Below are positions 10,626-19,500 of a stretch of DNA of 45,100 bases, piece after piece. The notes under the pieces were generated by a model. That model did not search any database and was not told the DNA's origin. It worked only from the letters and a program-made list of their open reading frames with translations. Position numbers and translations under genes: made by a program. The DNA comes from Christensenellaceae bacterium (GTDB lineage: Bacteria; Bacillota; Clostridia; Christensenellales; Borkfalkiaceae): NCBI GenBank assembly GCA_948482865.1, contig CAOMHR010000001.1, positions 1 through 45,100 on the forward strand, written 5' to 3'. How positions within the stretch are numbered: position 1 is the stretch's first letter; each line of letters opens with the position of its first letter.

Positions 10626-10667
10626 AAAAAGCCGCCCGCGGAGTTTCCGCGGGCGGCATTATTTTTA
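10626..10667. terminator. Bidirectional intrinsic terminator between convergent genes
   Basis: Perfect 12-bp stem GCCGCCCGCGGA / TCCGCGGGCGGC with loop GTTT, flanked by AAAAA on the left and ATTATTTTT on the right. Confidence 0.8.
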
Positions 10668-10670
10668 TTA

Positions 10671-11279
10671 TCAGAGCAAATGCTTTCTTATAGCTTTTAT
10701 AGCGGTGTTTGCGATAAGGCGCGAACATCTGTGTGTTGGATGAACACCGTCTTCAGAGTATTCGGTGTAAGGAATACTTTCGACAAGGCCCTGAAACATT
10801 TCGTCATAAGGAACAAACTCGTCCGCATACTCTTCCGCCACGCGGTCGATAATTTTAAGCTCTTCATCAAACAGCTTGCGCATTCTGAGCTTGTCGGGCG
10901 CAGGCAAAAGGAACGGTTCAAGGAATATGACCACTATCCCTTCCTTTTTCAGGCGCGTGAACAGGGTAATGAAATCCTGCTCGAACTTGTCCAAATCCAA
11001 TTCTTTGCCGTCGCTGTACTTGTGCAGAGTATTGTTTATTCCTATCATTATTACAACCGCGTCGGGTTTAAGGTCAATCGCATCTTCGCGCAGACGCACC
11101 AAAAGGTCGCCGAGCTCGTTCCCCGAAACGCCTTTGTTTATAAGTTCGAGATCGGTATCGGGATACAGCGGGCGGAGCTTATCGGAAAGCACTTTAACAA
11201 AACCGTTGCCCAAAGACTTTTCGTCGTTTCTGTCGCGTCCGCTATCTGTAATCGAATCCCCCAAAAATACTATTCTCAT
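10671..11279 (-). CDS. SGNH/GDSL-family hydrolase (lipase/acylhydrolase-like)
   Basis: MRIVFLGDSITDSGRD block I (GDS). Later GINN... and a terminal ...DGVHPT (DxxH) block. ATG 11279 has AAGGAG 8 nt upstream; the ORF-track GTG start at 11288 overlaps the SD and is less likely. Confidence 0.85.
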   Translation of the reverse strand: MRIVFLGDSITDSGRDRNDEKSLGNGFVKVLSDKLRPLYPDTDLELINKGVSGNELGDLLVRLREDAIDLKPDAVVIMIGINNTLHKYSDGKELDLDKFEQDFITLFTRLKKEGIVVIFLEPFLLPAPDKLRMRKLFDEELKIIDRVAEEYADEFVPYDEMFQGLVESIPYTEYSEDGVHPTHRCSRLIANTAIKAIRKHLL

Positions 11280-11406
11280 ATTTCGCACTCCTTAAAATAT
11301 CAACGCCCAACGCACCGATGCTGTTAAGCACAATAATTTTAACATAAATATATAATTTTTTGCAAGCGCACACGCAAAATTATTTTACTAAAAACTAAAT
11401 AATGCT

Positions 11407-11435
11407 TTGACAAAAAAAATATAATATGTTATATT
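11407..11435 (+). promoter_or_regulatory. Sigma-A promoter for tRNA-Ser (TTGACA-N17-TATATT)
   Basis: TTGACA 11407-11412 and TATATT 11430-11435. The tRNA 5' end is 14 nt downstream. Confidence 0.55.
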
Positions 11436-11448
11436 TATTTAGCTTTGA

Positions 11449-11539
11449 GCGGAAGTACCCAAGTGGCTCAAGGGGCTCCCCTGCTAAGGGAGTAGTACGG
11501 GAAACCGTAGCAAGGGTTCAAATCCCTTCTTCCGCGCCA
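11449..11539 (+). tRNA. tRNA-Ser: tRNA-Ser (anticodon GCU), class II with long variable arm, CCA encoded
   Basis: Acceptor GCGGAAG / CTTCCGC plus G plus CCA. Anticodon stem CTCCC/GGGAG with loop CT-GCT-AA. Long extra arm GTACGGGAAACCGTAG. T-arm AGGGTTCAAATCCCT. Confidence 0.9.
11477..11531 (+). repeat. attL core (inside the intact tRNA-Ser)
   Basis: TCCCCTGCTAAGGGAGTAGTACGGGAAACCGTAGCAAGGGTTCAAATCCCTTCTT is identical to 45046-45100. The identity probably continues to the tRNA 3' end, but the window stops. Confidence 0.9.
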
Positions 11540-11545
11540 AAAACC

Positions 11546-11584
11546 GCCTAAAATCGTTAAAAAACACGGTTTTAGGCTTTTTTT
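11546..11584 (+). terminator. Intrinsic terminator downstream of tRNA-Ser (phage-arm encoded)
   Basis: 11-bp stem GCCTAAAATCG / CGGTTTTAGGC (one G-U pair), 10-nt loop, then TTTTTTT. Confidence 0.65.
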
Positions 11585-11681
11585 ATGCCGTTTTTCCATA
11601 TCTACGCAAAATCCATAACTTTTTTTAAGTTTTGTTTGATTTTGTTTGATTTTGTGCTTTATTGATACCGCTATTGATACC
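11584..11681 (+). promoter_or_regulatory. Putative integrase arm-type binding sites, left arm (TATGCCGTTTTT box plus 2x ATTGATACC)
   Basis: TATGCCGTTTTT 11584-11595; ATTGATACC at 11661-11669 and 11673-11681. The same arrangement is at 44883-44943. The tandem TTTGTTTGAT x2.6 (11631-11656) lies between them. Confidence 0.45.
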
Positions 11682-11713
11682 GAACTTGTCCTTTATATTA
11701 TATGGTAATATAT

Positions 11714-12646
11714 TTATTCTTTTTCTATCTGTTTTTTTTGTCCTTTATCAGAAAGATTTTCGCACCAAATCAGGAAATTTTTCTGTTCAACGGCTTTGCG
11801 GTTGAGTTCGGCAGTCTCCATCTCGGCGGTGAGTTTATACCCGCCAATCATCCCCACAACCGCGGAGATGAGTATCGTCAGGATTTTTATTATGCACATA
11901 ACCACCGTGCCGAACGTCGGGTTTGAGATTATTTCCAACGCCAAAGAAGCCGATACGCATACGCCTATAAACGCCGTTAACAGATACTGCACCGTACGTA
12001 TCCCTTCGTACTTAGCCGTATTGATTTCCCCGTCCGGCGACACCCGCCTGCCCGTTTTCAGGCTCGCGGACAAATACCGCTCGTCGTATTTCAGCCGCTT
12101 TATGCGCTTTGCCTTTTTTATTATCTTCAACTGGTACTCGGTCAGCCCGAACTCTTCACGCTTTAATTCCAGTTCCTTATCAGAATAACACAGATACTTA
12201 TTCTCGAATTCTTCCAAGCTGACGTTCGCCGAAGACAGTAGGGTTTTTCTTGCAAACTTCAGCTCTTCCCTTTCCCACTCCCGGCAATACCCCGCTTCCC
12301 TGCCGCGCAAGCCTTTTTCTATAATCTCGCTCTCCTGTTGCGCCACAAGCTCGTACGCTTCTTTATGCGCCTTGGTTTCCCTGCCCTTGCGCTTTGCCAC
12401 CGACCGCGACAGGAAGTTTATTGCCACCGTGAATATGTACAGTATTATAGCTTCGTAACCGAAGTCTTTCCAGGACATATCGATATTTACGGAGATATTC
12501 GTCAGGTACAGCATAGCTACCGATACGAATATGATTATCACCGTCGTTACCGTCATTCCGTCCAGAAGACTTGTAAAAGATTTGTTCTTGAATATTCTCT
12601 GCCGCTGCTGCGGTTGAGACTGTTCGGGATTAATAGGTTCAATCAT
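11714..12646 (-). CDS. Phage membrane protein with central charged/coiled region (310 aa), function unknown
   Basis: ORF track. Two hydrophobic helices near the N-terminus (VTTVIIIFVSVAMLY, AIILYIFTVAINFL), two near the C-terminus (YLLTAFIGVCVSASLALEII, VVMCIIKILTILISAVVGMIGG). 8-nt overlap with the upstream gene. Confidence 0.6.
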   Translation of the reverse strand: MIEPINPEQSQPQQRQRIFKNKSFTSLLDGMTVTTVIIIFVSVAMLYLTNISVNIDMSWKDFGYEAIILYIFTVAINFLSRSVAKRKGRETKAHKEAYELVAQQESEIIEKGLRGREAGYCREWEREELKFARKTLLSSANVSLEEFENKYLCYSDKELELKREEFGLTEYQLKIIKKAKRIKRLKYDERYLSASLKTGRRVSPDGEINTAKYEGIRTVQYLLTAFIGVCVSASLALEIISNPTFGTVVMCIIKILTILISAVVGMIGGYKLTAEMETAELNRKAVEQKNFLIWCENLSDKGQKKQIEKE

Positions 12647-13097
12647 TGCTGTCTTGCTCCTTTTCTTCTTTCATTTTAAACGCGCCGCTCTTAACGTTCG
12701 CCTTAACGGACTGCTGCCACTTCGCGTACTTGCGGTACTTAGACCAGAACACACAACTCACTATGCTTCCTGCCGCCGCCGCGGCTTCTATCCATAAAAA
12801 CCTGTCCACATACGTCCGGAACAAGTCCAGCATAAAGAACGCCGCAAGCGCGAGAAACACAACAGCGAGAATATTGAACATAGGGAAATGCGCGAAGAAC
12901 GATTTGAATACGCCCATTAAAAAGGGTATAGCGTTTATAACCACTATACCCAAACCTATTGCCGCTTTAAACCCGCCGCTCGCCTTTATGAACGGCAGCA
13001 GGCAGCACGTTACTATCACGAATGGAACGAAGTATGCCGTTACAGCTAATACGAAGTACAGCCATTTCTCTTTTGTAAAGGTCCTGTAATTACTCAT
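12639..13097 (-). CDS. Multi-pass membrane protein, holin-like by position (152 aa)
   Basis: ORF track. About four hydrophobic segments and a charged C-terminal tail (KMKEEKEQDSND). GGAG lies 7 nt upstream of ATG 13097. Confidence 0.5.
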   Translation of the reverse strand: MSNYRTFTKEKWLYFVLAVTAYFVPFVIVTCCLLPFIKASGGFKAAIGLGIVVINAIPFLMGVFKSFFAHFPMFNILAVVFLALAAFFMLDLFRTYVDRFLWIEAAAAAGSIVSCVFWSKYRKYAKWQQSVKANVKSGAFKMKEEKEQDSND

Positions 13098-13314
13098 TTT
13101 TAAGCTCCTTTTCCGCCGCGCTCAATTCTTCCACATTGCCCGCAAACCGCGCGTTGTTGCCCAGCAACGCTTTCTGGGCGCGGATTAGCGATACCGTTGC
13201 ATTCGATTGCAAATTAAGCTCTTTTATTACGGGGCTTAGTTTTGTATTGACTATCCTGTCCACTATCCTGTTAAACGTTTTCTTACCTGCAACCGCTATT
13301 ATTATCAGTAACAC
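13090..13314 (-). CDS. Small ORF (74 aa from GTG), possibly the C-terminal part of a protein interrupted by TAG at 13375-13377
   Basis: Same reading frame as 13375..13683. The 57 nt between the TAG and the GTG are open and encode the first half of a TM helix. See findings. Confidence 0.4.
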   Translation of the reverse strand: MLLIIIAVAGKKTFNRIVDRIVNTKLSPVIKELNLQSNATVSLIRAQKALLGNNARFAGNVEELSAAEKELKNE

Positions 13315-13374
13315 TGCCGCGAGCGGCGCCGCCCAGACGGGCGCGTATTCCGTCAGCCAGCCTACGAACTTATC

Positions 13375-13683
13375 CTAGCCCGTCTTGTGTTCTTCGGGAA
13401 GTTTGTCGCCGAACGCTAACAGATAGCCTTCTATACTGCCCCACTGTTCTATTATAGCGTTATAGTACAACTCATACTCTGCGCCGTATCTCGATTTAAG
13501 ATACTCTACAAACTGCACCGCGACGCCGTCTATGCCGTTCTCCGGAGCTTCTGTTTCTTCCGTCTGTACGGGCGGCAACGTTTCCGCCTGCGTCTCCGCG
13601 TTTACCGTAAAGCCTGCACCCGTGCCTACAAAAATTATTATTGCCGACACTATCACCGTGAAAGCCAATTTCAGTTTATTCAT
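13375..13683 (-). CDS. Secreted or signal-anchored small protein (102 aa), ends at TAG
   Basis: ORF track. N-terminus MNKLKLAFTVIVSAIIIFVGTGAGFTVNAETQA is a signal peptide or anchor. Confidence 0.55.
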   Translation of the reverse strand: MNKLKLAFTVIVSAIIIFVGTGAGFTVNAETQAETLPPVQTEETEAPENGIDGVAVQFVEYLKSRYGAEYELYYNAIIEQWGSIEGYLLAFGDKLPEEHKTG

Positions 13684-14233
13684 TGTTTTCTTCTCCTTTT
13701 AAATTTGTTATTTGTTCTTCCGTGAACCCGAATTCTTTTATAAAGTCTTCTTCCGTCCCGCCGCCGAGATACACGTTGTCCTTGTAGTCCTTATACGCAA
13801 ACCTTACAAGCGCGGCAACATTCCGCTCCGTGCGGGATATGCACCGTTCCGTGTCCTGTCTGTATTCCGCGAATGATTTTTTAAGCGCATACAACTCAGT
13901 CTTTAACTCAGCTATTTCTGGTGTCGCCGATAACGTCCCGTCCGCTTCTTTCAACAACAAAGGCTCTATCTTATAGACCTTTATAAGCACACCTTTCAGG
14001 TAATGCTTTACTTCCGCGTTCAGCTCTCCCGCTACAAGTCCGTCCAAGGTTAACGCACCGTCACGCGGCAACAGTTTTTTATACTGCTTACCGTTGTTCT
14101 CCGCTATAATATAGAACTCGCCGTTTACGTTCGGCAATTCAACTTTAAACTCTAAACTATTGTCCGTAACCATACAGGGCGATACGTCGCCGTACCGCCC
14201 TGTTCCGTTGGTTCTCAATTCTATCGTTCTCAT
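13676..14233 (-). CDS. Phage hypothetical protein (185 aa), tail-fibre-associated by position
   Basis: ORF track. Overlapping start/stop with its neighbours indicates operon coupling. No motif recognised. Confidence 0.5.
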   Translation of the reverse strand: MRTIELRTNGTGRYGDVSPCMVTDNSLEFKVELPNVNGEFYIIAENNGKQYKKLLPRDGALTLDGLVAGELNAEVKHYLKGVLIKVYKIEPLLLKEADGTLSATPEIAELKTELYALKKSFAEYRQDTERCISRTERNVAALVRFAYKDYKDNVYLGGGTEEDFIKEFGFTEEQITNLKGEENNE

Positions 14234-14571
14234 TCCAACACCGCCCTTGGTTCTTTGCCTTCAAGTATCCTGAGTTCGTTTATTATCTCCGCCGCACGCG
14301 CTTTCTTTGCTGAGTAGTCGCCGCGCACTATCCCAAAACTTTCCTGCTCTATATCTTCCTTAATTCCCAAAAGCTCCGCTTTAAGAGCTGAATGACGTTG
14401 CTTATTTATTTCATCTTCGTCCGTCAGGACCTTTTTAAGAATACGCCCTTTGACCCGCGTTTCAGTTTTACCGCAAACAGAAATTTCTTCCGTCGCTTCA
14501 TACACGGTCTCGTAATAGTAATCAGGCTTTTCAATTTCTTCCGTGTTTAAATTCATTTCGTTATTTTCCAT
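14230..14571 (-). CDS. Phage hypothetical protein (113 aa)
   Basis: ORF track. Acidic protein that overlaps the downstream gene by 4 nt. Confidence 0.5.
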   Translation of the reverse strand: MENNEMNLNTEEIEKPDYYYETVYEATEEISVCGKTETRVKGRILKKVLTDEDEINKQRHSALKAELLGIKEDIEQESFGIVRGDYSAKKARAAEIINELRILEGKEPRAVLE

Positions 14572-14573
14572 AA

Positions 14574-16268
14574 TTATAATCTCCTGTAAACGTGTAATAC
14601 CGTGCCGTTGCCGGTTGTAACCGTGCCTTTATCTTCCCAGTCGCCGCCGATTAATTCGGCGGGGTTTTCATTGGTTGCGGTTATAAATAACGGAACTTCC
14701 TTTTCCCGTACTATCCCGCCGTTATACCGTTCGTACGGATATGCGCCGCCGCCTTTCTGCACCATTAAATCAGACACTGTGAAATTTGCCGTAACGCCCG
14801 TTGTCCCGACAACTATTAAAGCGTATTCGTCCGTGGCAGTGAACGACGCCATCCAGCTCTGCGATAACTGTTCGTATGAATCGCCGTATTTGTTGTTGTA
14901 ATTATCGGGATAGGTACCGTTTATATCCGGACCTGACGACGGCAGTATATATATCCCGCCAAACCCTGCAATGACGTTATTGCCGCTTTTCGTGTAGGAA
15001 CCGGACCAGCTATATCTTTCACCCGGCGTTGTTTTGGCTACCGCCATAACTTTAAGGTTCAGCGACGTCGTAACCGACGCGAGAACCGGTTTAGCCAGAT
15101 TCAAGCCCTTATCCCGCTCTTCACGCAGCCACTGCTCGCCGCTTTGGTCAAGCGTATGTATAGGCTGGCTGGCTATAACTTTTTCCGTATACGGCGCAGA
15201 TAATTTATACTGCACGTACACCGGATTTTCCGCCAGCCATTCCCTGAATTCCTGCAAATTTATCTTATCGCTGTAAATTCGGATATTGCCGTTACTCTGA
15301 ACCGTTAAGTTGGGTATTGTAGACGTCCAGGAATTTGCCGCGGATGAGTAGAGATTTGACGTTATATCCTGCGTCGGCAAATGTATATTCTCGCAATCGT
15401 ACCACGCCAGCCCGCCGCCGCTCGGATAGCCGTTTCTCGTTCGGATATCCGCGTTGGTTATCTTCAAATATCCCGTTTGCCGCGTAACCGTAACGCTGCC
15501 GTCCCCGTTGTCCGACGCGCTGTCGTACGCGCCGAGATTGTAAAGGTTTTTAATTACCTTGAAATCGGTAGGGTGTCTGTGTAAACCGTCCGCATATGTG
15601 TTAGAATTTCCAATATCCGCTTCACCGTCCATAAGCGGTAACGCCGTGCTTTTCGGCGGTACTTCGTCAGGCGAAGGCTTGCCGCTGTCCGTCCAGCCGC
15701 TCTCTTCATAGGTCCAGATATTGCCGCCCGCTATATACGCGTATGAATGCAACACCGCCGTGTGATACGCCGATTTCAACGCTTCTGCGCTTGTGAACAC
15801 CCCGACAAACAACGTTAAATTCTTAATATCCTGCGACAGTACCGAAAGGTTTTCCAGTATCTGGTCATAAATATCCGCGCTCGGCTCGTCAGGCAGGATT
15901 TCGGGTACGCCGCGACCCACAGTGAAACTTGTCGCGCTCGAAGCCACAACTTTGCCCGCACCCGAGTAAAAGTAAAACTGCGCCGTGACCGTACCGTAAT
16001 ACTGCGTTATTTCATTCGGCAGCGAAAACTGCCAGCCCGCGTACGGTTTACCCGTCTCCTTGTTTATTGCGCCCGTTATCTCTGCCGCCTGAGTCATAAG
16101 ATAACGTTCCGTATACACGCCGTTCGGCAGTCTGAACGCCACCGCTACGTTAAGGTTTACTGCAAACGGCGCTATAAGATAAATGTTGTTCACGTCCGCC
16201 GAACCCTGATACACCGGCGACGGGTACGAGTTTATAACCGTCCCGTCATTGTCTGCAAAAAATATCAT
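14574..16268 (-). CDS. Putative tail fibre / receptor-binding or baseplate protein (564 aa)
   Basis: ORF track. Position distal to the large tail protein. Beta-rich, Gly/Asn/Thr/Tyr-rich C-terminal half. The N-terminus (MIFFADNDGTVINSYPSPVYQGSADVNNIYLIAPF) is reminiscent of baseplate upper protein N-domains. This is a weak by-eye call. Confidence 0.45.
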   Translation of the reverse strand: MIFFADNDGTVINSYPSPVYQGSADVNNIYLIAPFAVNLNVAVAFRLPNGVYTERYLMTQAAEITGAINKETGKPYAGWQFSLPNEITQYYGTVTAQFYFYSGAGKVVASSATSFTVGRGVPEILPDEPSADIYDQILENLSVLSQDIKNLTLFVGVFTSAEALKSAYHTAVLHSYAYIAGGNIWTYEESGWTDSGKPSPDEVPPKSTALPLMDGEADIGNSNTYADGLHRHPTDFKVIKNLYNLGAYDSASDNGDGSVTVTRQTGYLKITNADIRTRNGYPSGGGLAWYDCENIHLPTQDITSNLYSSAANSWTSTIPNLTVQSNGNIRIYSDKINLQEFREWLAENPVYVQYKLSAPYTEKVIASQPIHTLDQSGEQWLREERDKGLNLAKPVLASVTTSLNLKVMAVAKTTPGERYSWSGSYTKSGNNVIAGFGGIYILPSSGPDINGTYPDNYNNKYGDSYEQLSQSWMASFTATDEYALIVVGTTGVTANFTVSDLMVQKGGGAYPYERYNGGIVREKEVPLFITATNENPAELIGGDWEDKGTVTTGNGTVLHVYRRL

Positions 16269-16278
16269 ATTTATCTCC

Positions 16279-16560
16279 TTAATCCTTTGCGGGCTGGATG
16301 CCCGTTATTTTAATGTACTCTTCATACAGAGACTGTACGTGGTTGAGTTCGTCTGAAATCTTTTCTTTCGTTGCCAACTCCAACTCGTCCAGAAACGGCG
16401 ACAACTTTTCATAATCGTCCATTCCCGCACACTTGTCCCGCACTTCGTCTATAATCTTCAATTGCTGATTATAGCCTTCTACGGCTTCCGATTCTTTCTT
16501 CTCATTAGACATCAGCACTCCGAATAAATCATACAAGACTTTCTGTTGTTCTTCGCTCAT
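16279..16560 (-). CDS. Phage hypothetical protein (93 aa, acidic, helical)
   Basis: ORF track. Tightly packed between the tail genes. Confidence 0.5.
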   Translation of the reverse strand: MSEEQQKVLYDLFGVLMSNEKKESEAVEGYNQQLKIIDEVRDKCAGMDDYEKLSPFLDELELATKEKISDELNHVQSLYEEYIKITGIQPAKD

Positions 16561-16562
16561 TA

Positions 16563-19500
16563 TTATCTCCTTTCTTTCCAGACCGTTTTGTCAAAAATTT
16601 CACGCTTTTTGGTAAAATAAACCGGCGTGAACGCCTGTCCCGCCGTTACTTCTATATTCTGTCCTATAAGCAAATCACCGCCATAATACTGCGTTTGCTC
16701 ATACTTCTCTCCCGTTTCGTCTTCCACCGTTTCCGTTTTCGTGTACTGCGGCGTTACTATCGCCCAGCTCTTTCCGCTCGCAGGGAAGTTCTCCGCATTT
16801 AGCTCCCAACACCCGTCGGCTAAATCCCCGCTCTTCAACGCCGCCGACGGCAAGTCCGAAAGTTTTACGTCTTCAAACGCTTCCACGTGGTCCGTAAACT
16901 TGTTAAGCTCGGTGGGGAATACGTACAGCCGCGCTTCGGCAAGCCGCGCGTCCGTGCCGCGTACCGCGGGATTGTACGACGCCAATGCCGAACCTATTAT
17001 CATATTTTCAAGGTTGGTTACAAAGTCTATCTGGAAATTTATCTGCAACGCTTCGCGGTTGTCCTTACGCAATACGTACGGCGTTTGTCCTATGGTTGAC
17101 ACAAACCCCGACGACGCTGCGGGAACACTGCCGCCCGGCAGCTTTTCTCCCACTTGCTGATAATTCTCAGGCGTTATATCCGGTCCTTTCGGCTGTAAAT
17201 CAAAATGGTAATAATACACCCTGCCATAATAATCCGTGTAGCTGTAACTGTTCTGGAAATATCCGCTGACGTTACCTTCAAACGCATTTTCCACGTATTC
17301 CGACGTCGCGCCTGCCGAATAGTTATCCTGATACTTCCAGCTGAACGATATCGAGTTACCGAACGCAGAAGATATTACCGGCAGGTTTACAGCGCCGCCC
17401 GCGCTATTGCCCTGATAGGTTGTACCCCAGGCGCACACGTTTGTTATGCGCCCCAAACCCGATACAGGACTTTCAATCCCCTGGAAAAAGGTCAGTCCTA
17501 CCCAGAACAGGAAAGCGTCGTTTATAAGACAGTCCGTATCCGCCAATTCCTTTTCACCGATTACTATGTACTCGTGGTACAGCGTATTCCGTTCCACCGC
17601 CTGCGTCTGCGATATTTCCGAATACCGCTTGACGGATGATATGCCTATGTACGACGACAGCCTGTTGAAGTCCTTAGACAGCCCTATCGTGCATTTGATT
17701 ACTGTCGGCAGAAATTCAACCGCAACGGCGGATATGTAATAGTCCTTGTCGAACATCTGCCCTGCCTTGGGTATCTGGCTTAAATTAGACAAAAAGTATG
17801 TCAGTGACAGCTCTATATTGCCCAGCCTTGCCACCGCGCCCTTTAAATTCTCGCCGTAATATCGGCTCTCTATCACGTTCGACTGCTGGTTGTAAATTAA
17901 TGCGGCGGGACGGCTGAAGTCCTTATAATACGCCTTTGTCTGCCCCACTCGCGCGTTGTAGAACGGCGTATACGTTACGCGGAAAGCCATTGCCGGATAA
18001 TCTGTCGGAATTATTGCCGTCTTATTGCTTGCTTGGCTTATGATGTTTACGATTGCGTATTTTTCAAACGCTTGCAGCACTGGCTTTTCCAACTTAAAAT
18101 TAAGACCACCGATATTTTTACTGCCCTGAGCGTAATATATTCCGTACGCCTTGGAATAAGGCTGTGCATCAGAGTATGACTTTAACAGCGTATCATACAC
18201 CGACTTTTCAAACAGCCATTGCGTTATATCTAACGATTTCATTTCCCCGCCGTCCGCGTACACGTATTCCAGCTTGTCCACGCTGTATATCGGGTACTGC
18301 GTAGGGATTATCATATTACCTTCTTCGATTCGCACGTACATATTTTCCGTGCGCAGCGTCTTTGCGCCGTCCGCATACGGCTCTACCATCACCCCGCTGT
18401 ATTTATCTAACTGATTCACAAGGTTTTCCGCATTGCTGTCCAAATAAGATGTATAATTCTCAATAACGTGCTGTACGCTTTTAGTGATGTACGGCATATA
18501 TTTAATGTTGCTCTTATCCTGACTTGCGTACATATCGTAGCTTACTTCGTAATACCACTCGTCCCCGTCTTTCTTCGGCGTAAGGCGCGGCTCGCCGTGG
18601 ATTACCTTGCCTATTGCCTGCAAACATTCCCTTAACGTCTGTTTGGTGAACGACATTTCGGGCGAAAGTATCTTATTAAACCGCGCAGCCTGTCCCGCCC
18701 CGTCTTCACCTTCGGGGATTATCTTCCCATCCCCACTCATTCCGTTCAGCCTGAACCGCGGCTTTTCGCCCTTACGCAGCGGTTCCGCCAAATCCAGCGT
18801 GCGGTTTATCACGTCCGTTATTGTCCACTTTTTAAGGGGAACAGGGTTTTCAGTTGTTGCTATGGTGTAAGAGAAATCGTAATATGTAGTGCTACTAATT
18901 CCAGATGAACCAGTATAAGTAATTGTGTATGTACCTAACTGGTCAAGAATTAAAGTTTTTGTATAAGTATGTTTATCATCATATTCTTCTGTTGTCCCGT
19001 CTGGATAAGTAATCTTAATTTTATCTGGCTCGATACCATAATTAAATCCACCATTTAGCACGGTTACCGTGAGAATCTGTAATGAAGTCCCCAAAGGTAC
19101 CGGAGATTTATAATAATCATACATCCTTGTATGCTCATCACGTTGTGGTGCTAATGTTCCAATGGGGGAAACATACTCACCTATATCATCACCGTAAACA
19201 CGCATTACGTTTGTAAATGTCAAAGTATCAACGGCATAACATTCTGCGATTTTAGTCACTTCGATTAAATATAAATCGTGATTGTAATATCCAGAACCTA
19301 TGGGGGACTCTACCGCAGAATCGTTCGCAATAATATAACGCTTTGTTTGCTCCCTTACACGTTCAGATATTTTATGTACTCCCGTCTTCCAATAAATCTC
19401 GTTTGTAAGCTGTATTTCAACAGGCGTAAGCGGTTCAAAATTCTTCTTTTTAACGTGCCTTATTGCCAAATGACACTCGTCTAATCGCTCATCCAAAAAG

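Noticed and set aside
10620-11327. 235-aa plus-strand ORF (and 10876..11295) overlapping the GDSL hydrolase gene
   Set aside because: The minus-strand frame carries the diagnostic GDS and DxxH blocks and a proper SD. The plus-strand ORF starts inside the bidirectional terminator.
11631-11656. TTTGTTTGAT x2.6 tandem repeat as a mini-array or mobile-element end
   Set aside because: It is too short, has no spacers, and sits within the att arm between the putative arm-type boxes. It is more simply an A/T-tract bending or accessory-factor site or a slippage product.
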